Shown here in pieces: positions 61,318-64,000 of a stretch of DNA of 64,000 nucleotides. Location: assembly GCA_963708025.1 (NCBI GenBank), contig CAVPSB010000007.1, positions 1-64,000 of the forward strand, written 5' to 3'. Both the position numbers and the translations under genes were made by a program. Numbering within the stretch: the first letter of the stretch is position 1; every line of letters starts with the position of its first letter. This DNA is from an uncultured Candidatus Rokubacteria bacterium. Lineage in GTDB: Bacteria > Methylomirabilota > Methylomirabilia > Rokubacteriales > DASRDR01. The notes beneath the pieces are model-generated. The model did not search any database. It was not told the origin of the DNA and saw nothing but the letters and a program-made list of their open reading frames with translations.

Positions 61318-61494
61318 CTAGGGCGGAGGGAATCGCCGACCGCGGGCGTACTCCGAGTACGCCGAGGATCGGCGACGACCCCAGAGGTCGGGACGGACGC
61401 CCTCAGGCCGAAGGCCGTCCGATCGACGCAGGCCGAGCGCGCCCCGGCCGAGATGGAGGACGACGCCAGGCGAAGTCAATTGGCTCCGCACTAG
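61318..61494 (-). repeat. Family B structured repeat (core conserved, variant ends)
   Basis: Reverse complement matches 60138-60273; bounded by CTAG at both ends. Confidence 0.85.
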
Positions 61495-62306
61495 CCTACG
61501 ATGTCCTCGCCGCCATCGACGCCCAGCACGTTGCCGGTCATCCAGTGGGTGCTCGAGTGCGCGAAGGCGACGATGGCGCCGGCGACGTCCTGGGTAGTGG
61601 TCAGGCGGCCGAAGGGGTTGCGGGCCAGGGCGGCCGCCTTGATCCTCTCGGACCCCGGGATCTTCTGGAGGGCCGGCGTGTCGGTCACCCCGGCCCGGAC
61701 GGCGTTGACGGTGATGCCCCGGGGCGCTAGCTCCATCGCGAGCTGGCGAACGTGGGATTCCAGCGCGGCCTTGGCCCCCGACACCGGCCCGTAGTTCGGC
61801 AGGACCCGGGTGCCGCCGCCGCTCGTCATCGCGAAGATCCGCCCGCCGCCACCCATCAGGCCACGAACTACGACGTCCTGGGTCCAGTAGACCAGCGTGT
61901 GAGCCATGACGTCCAGCGTCATGTCCATCTGGTCCTTGGACACCGCCTCCTTGATGGGCTCGGCGATGAACGGCTTGAGCGTCCCGAAGGCGAGCGAGTG
62001 GAGCAGCACCCGAAGCCGGCCGCTCTCGCCACGGGCCTCCAGGTGCTTCTGCACCGCGTCGAGCACCTCGGTCCGGCGGTCCGGGTCGGCGGCGTTGACG
62101 TTGAAGAAGAGCGCCTCGCGCCCGTGGCGGCGGACCTCGACGGCGATGCGCTCGGCATTGGGCAGCGTGGCCTTCCGGTCGAGATGCACGCCGGCGATTG
62201 ACAGGCCGGCCTCCGCGAGGGCGAGCGTCGTGGCCTCACCGAAGCCGGAAGACGCGCCGAGGATCAACGCCCAGCCGGAAAGACGGATCGGGGGGTCGGT
62301 CGCCAT
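61491..62306 (-). CDS. SDR oxidoreductase, FabL-like enoyl-ACP reductase
   Basis: LGASSGFG, Y-x6-K (YGPVSGAK), GVTDTPAL, NPFGRLT. Confidence 0.82.
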   Translation of the reverse strand: MATDPPIRLSGWALILGASSGFGEATTLALAEAGLSIAGVHLDRKATLPNAERIAVEVRRHGREALFFNVNAADPDRRTEVLDAVQKHLEARGESGRLRVLLHSLAFGTLKPFIAEPIKEAVSKDQMDMTLDVMAHTLVYWTQDVVVRGLMGGGGRIFAMTSGGGTRVLPNYGPVSGAKAALESHVRQLAMELAPRGITVNAVRAGVTDTPALQKIPGSERIKAAALARNPFGRLTTTQDVAGAIVAFAHSSTHWMTGNVLGVDGGEDIVG

Positions 62307-62333
62307 GGTGGGCGTCATTCTAGCACGAGGGAT

Positions 62334-63011
62334 TCAGCCGAGACGGCGGCGAAGCCATCCGGCCTTGAGTCGCCAGAGCCGCTCCTCACGCCGGCGGAAC
62401 GGCGGCGAGTCGCGGTACGCTCGGACGGCGTCAGCCGCCAGGAGCCGCGCCCGCTCGCGGTCCTCGGTCGCCAGGTAGGCTCGGGCGAGCTTGTAGCGGC
62501 CTTCCACGCTGGAGGCGTGGAGGGCGATGAAGGCCTCGAGCGGTGAGATCGCGTCGGCCGGGGAGCCCCGGCGGAGTTGGTAGTCCGCGAGGGCGAGGTG
62601 AGGCTCGCCATAGCGGAGCTTCGGGTCCAGGACGAGCGCGCGCTCGACGAGAGGGCGTCCGCCGCCGTCGCCGACACCGAGCCGCGCCGCGCCCAGGTAG
62701 TACAGCGTCTCCGGCGTGTCGGGCATGCGCGTCACGGCGGCCTCCAGGTGGGGCAGCGCGGCCGCCGGGCGGCCGGCCTCGACGAGGAGCCGGCCGAGGT
62801 CGCTGCGGGCCGCCGCATCGTGAGGATTGGCCCGCACGGCCTGTTTCAGCTCGCGGATCGCGCCCCAGCGCTCGACCGCGCGCGGGATCCGGAAGAGACG
62901 CCCCGACAGGTAGCCGTAGCCCGCCCCGGAGAGGAGCAACATTGCCAGCAGGGCCAGCAGCGGCTGACCCGTGATCCAGGAGAGGAGGGCCCACAGGAAG
63001 AGCTTCTCCAC
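62334..63011 (-). CDS. Membrane-anchored TPR protein
   Basis: Two N-terminal TM segments followed by TPR-like repeats (NPHDAAARSDLGRLL, ETLYYLG, EGRYKLA). Confidence 0.8.
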   Translation of the reverse strand: MEKLFLWALLSWITGQPLLALLAMLLLSGAGYGYLSGRLFRIPRAVERWGAIRELKQAVRANPHDAAARSDLGRLLVEAGRPAAALPHLEAAVTRMPDTPETLYYLGAARLGVGDGGGRPLVERALVLDPKLRYGEPHLALADYQLRRGSPADAISPLEAFIALHASSVEGRYKLARAYLATEDRERARLLAADAVRAYRDSPPFRRREERLWRLKAGWLRRRLG

Positions 63012-63094
63012 GGCGCCACGATACCCAGCGCGGCGCCTTGCCCGCAAGCGCAGGGGGCCCCGGCGATCGCCGACGACCTCCCCGAGCATCTGAG

Positions 63095-63367
63095 GGGTGT
63101 GAAGGAATGGGGTTCTCCGGCTCCCCCCTCCCCCCGGTGGGTGGGGGAGGGGGGTTGGGGGGTGGGCGGGAGGTCCCGAACTGAGGGCGTGTGAAGGAAT
63201 GGTTCGTCCGGCCCCCCTCCCCCCGCCAAAGGCCGCAGGCCGTCCAACGGTGGGGGAGGGGGGCCAAAGGCCGAAGGCCGTCGAAGGATCGGGTGGGCGG
63301 GAGGTCTCGAACTGAAGGCTTCGGGCGGGCCGGCCCCTCTCCCGGGGGGGTGGGTCGGAGGTTCCGA
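63095..63367 (+). repeat. Family A repeat, three tandem units (progressively degenerate)
   Basis: GTGTGAAGGAATGG at the start of the first two units; GGAGGT(C/T)(C/T)CGA at each unit end; the middle unit carries GGCCG(A/C)AGGCC hairpins. Confidence 0.88.
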
Positions 63368-63387
63368 TCTGGGTACAATCTTGGATC

Positions 63388-64000
63388 ATGGCCAACACGG
63401 CGGGCATCGTCCTCATCGGCAACGAGCTACTCTCCGGGAAGGTGGTGGACGCCAACGCCGCCTACCTCTGCCGCCAGTTCCGTGAGCTGGGCGTGGAGGT
63501 CCGGAAGGTCTCGGTCATCCCCGACGAGGTCGATCTGATCGCGCGGGAGGTCCGCGAGTTCCGCGCCGCCTACACCTGGGTCTTCACGTCGGGCGGCGTG
63601 GGCCCGACCCACGATGACGTGACGATCGAGGGCATTGCCCGTGCCGTCGGGGTCCGGGTCGTGCGCCACCCGGAGCTGGTGGGCCGACTGGAGGAGCTGT
63701 ACAAGGGCCGGCTCAATCCCGCCCGCCTGAAGATGGCCGAGATTCCCGACGGCGCCGAGCTGCTGGCGATGGACTCGCTCATCGTGCCCGTCCTGGCGAT
63801 CGGGAACGTCTTCGTCTTCCCCGGCGTGCCTGAGATCTTCCGGCAGAAGTTCGAGGCCATCAAGGAGCGCTTCCGCGAGCGGCCATTCTTGCTGCGGAGC
63901 GTCTACGTTCGGATCGGCGAGGGCAGTCTCGCCGAGCACCTGAACGCGATGCTGCAGGCGTTCCCCGACCTGCTCTGCGGGTCCTACCCGGAGTTCTCAA
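63388..64000 (+). CDS. CinA-like molybdopterin-binding domain protein (runs off the window)
   Basis: IGNELLSGKVVDAN, SGGVGPTHDDVT, FPGVP. Confidence 0.88.
   Translation, partial: MANTAGIVLIGNELLSGKVVDANAAYLCRQFRELGVEVRKVSVIPDEVDLIAREVREFRAAYTWVFTSGGVGPTHDDVTIEGIARAVGVRVVRHPELVGRLEELYKGRLNPARLKMAEIPDGAELLAMDSLIVPVLAIGNVFVFPGVPEIFRQKFEAIKERFRERPFLLRSVYVRIGEGSLAEHLNAMLQAFPDLLCGSYPEFS

Overview
A very GC-rich (roughly 70% by eye), gene-dense bacterial chromosomal window made up mostly of housekeeping and metabolic genes. Gene content and style resemble Ca. Rokubacteria/Methylomirabilota, which is an unverified inference. Recognisable content: HD-GYP plus HEAT-repeat pair, murQ-anmK, mmsB, a fold-type IV transaminase resembling (R)-selective amine transaminases, futalosine menaquinone genes mqnE-mqnA-mqnC and mqnD, a MaoC pair with cis-prenyltransferase, glycosyltransferase and deacetylase, queG, pncA, tctBAC, def, mutY with a UDG-Nudix fusion, a ygfZ-like gene, dppABC, pip, dmpA, a TPP riboswitch with thiSGEO, tldD-pmbA-tatD, emrAB, uppP, a FabL-like SDR and a cinA-like gene. 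Two signals are not visible in the ORF track. First, a UGA-recoded UGSC-type selenoprotein (18212-18742, minus) with a SECIS-like hairpin, in an operon with a CDGSH Fe-S protein. Second, several families of dispersed, structured intergenic repeats placed non-randomly relative to translation signals. Family A (C-rich/G-rich, about 13 copies) points at downstream starts and supplies a GGAGGT ribosome-binding site. Family B starts at CTAG overlapping TAG stops and has covarying terminal stems. Family C is a GGGGTCAGGCCT inverted repeat. A separate 134-bp insert is flanked by a 14-bp duplication at a TGATG junction. A cluster of single-base frameshifts at about 42-47 kb is probably sequencing error. 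No rRNA, tRNA, CRISPR array or transposase was recognised.
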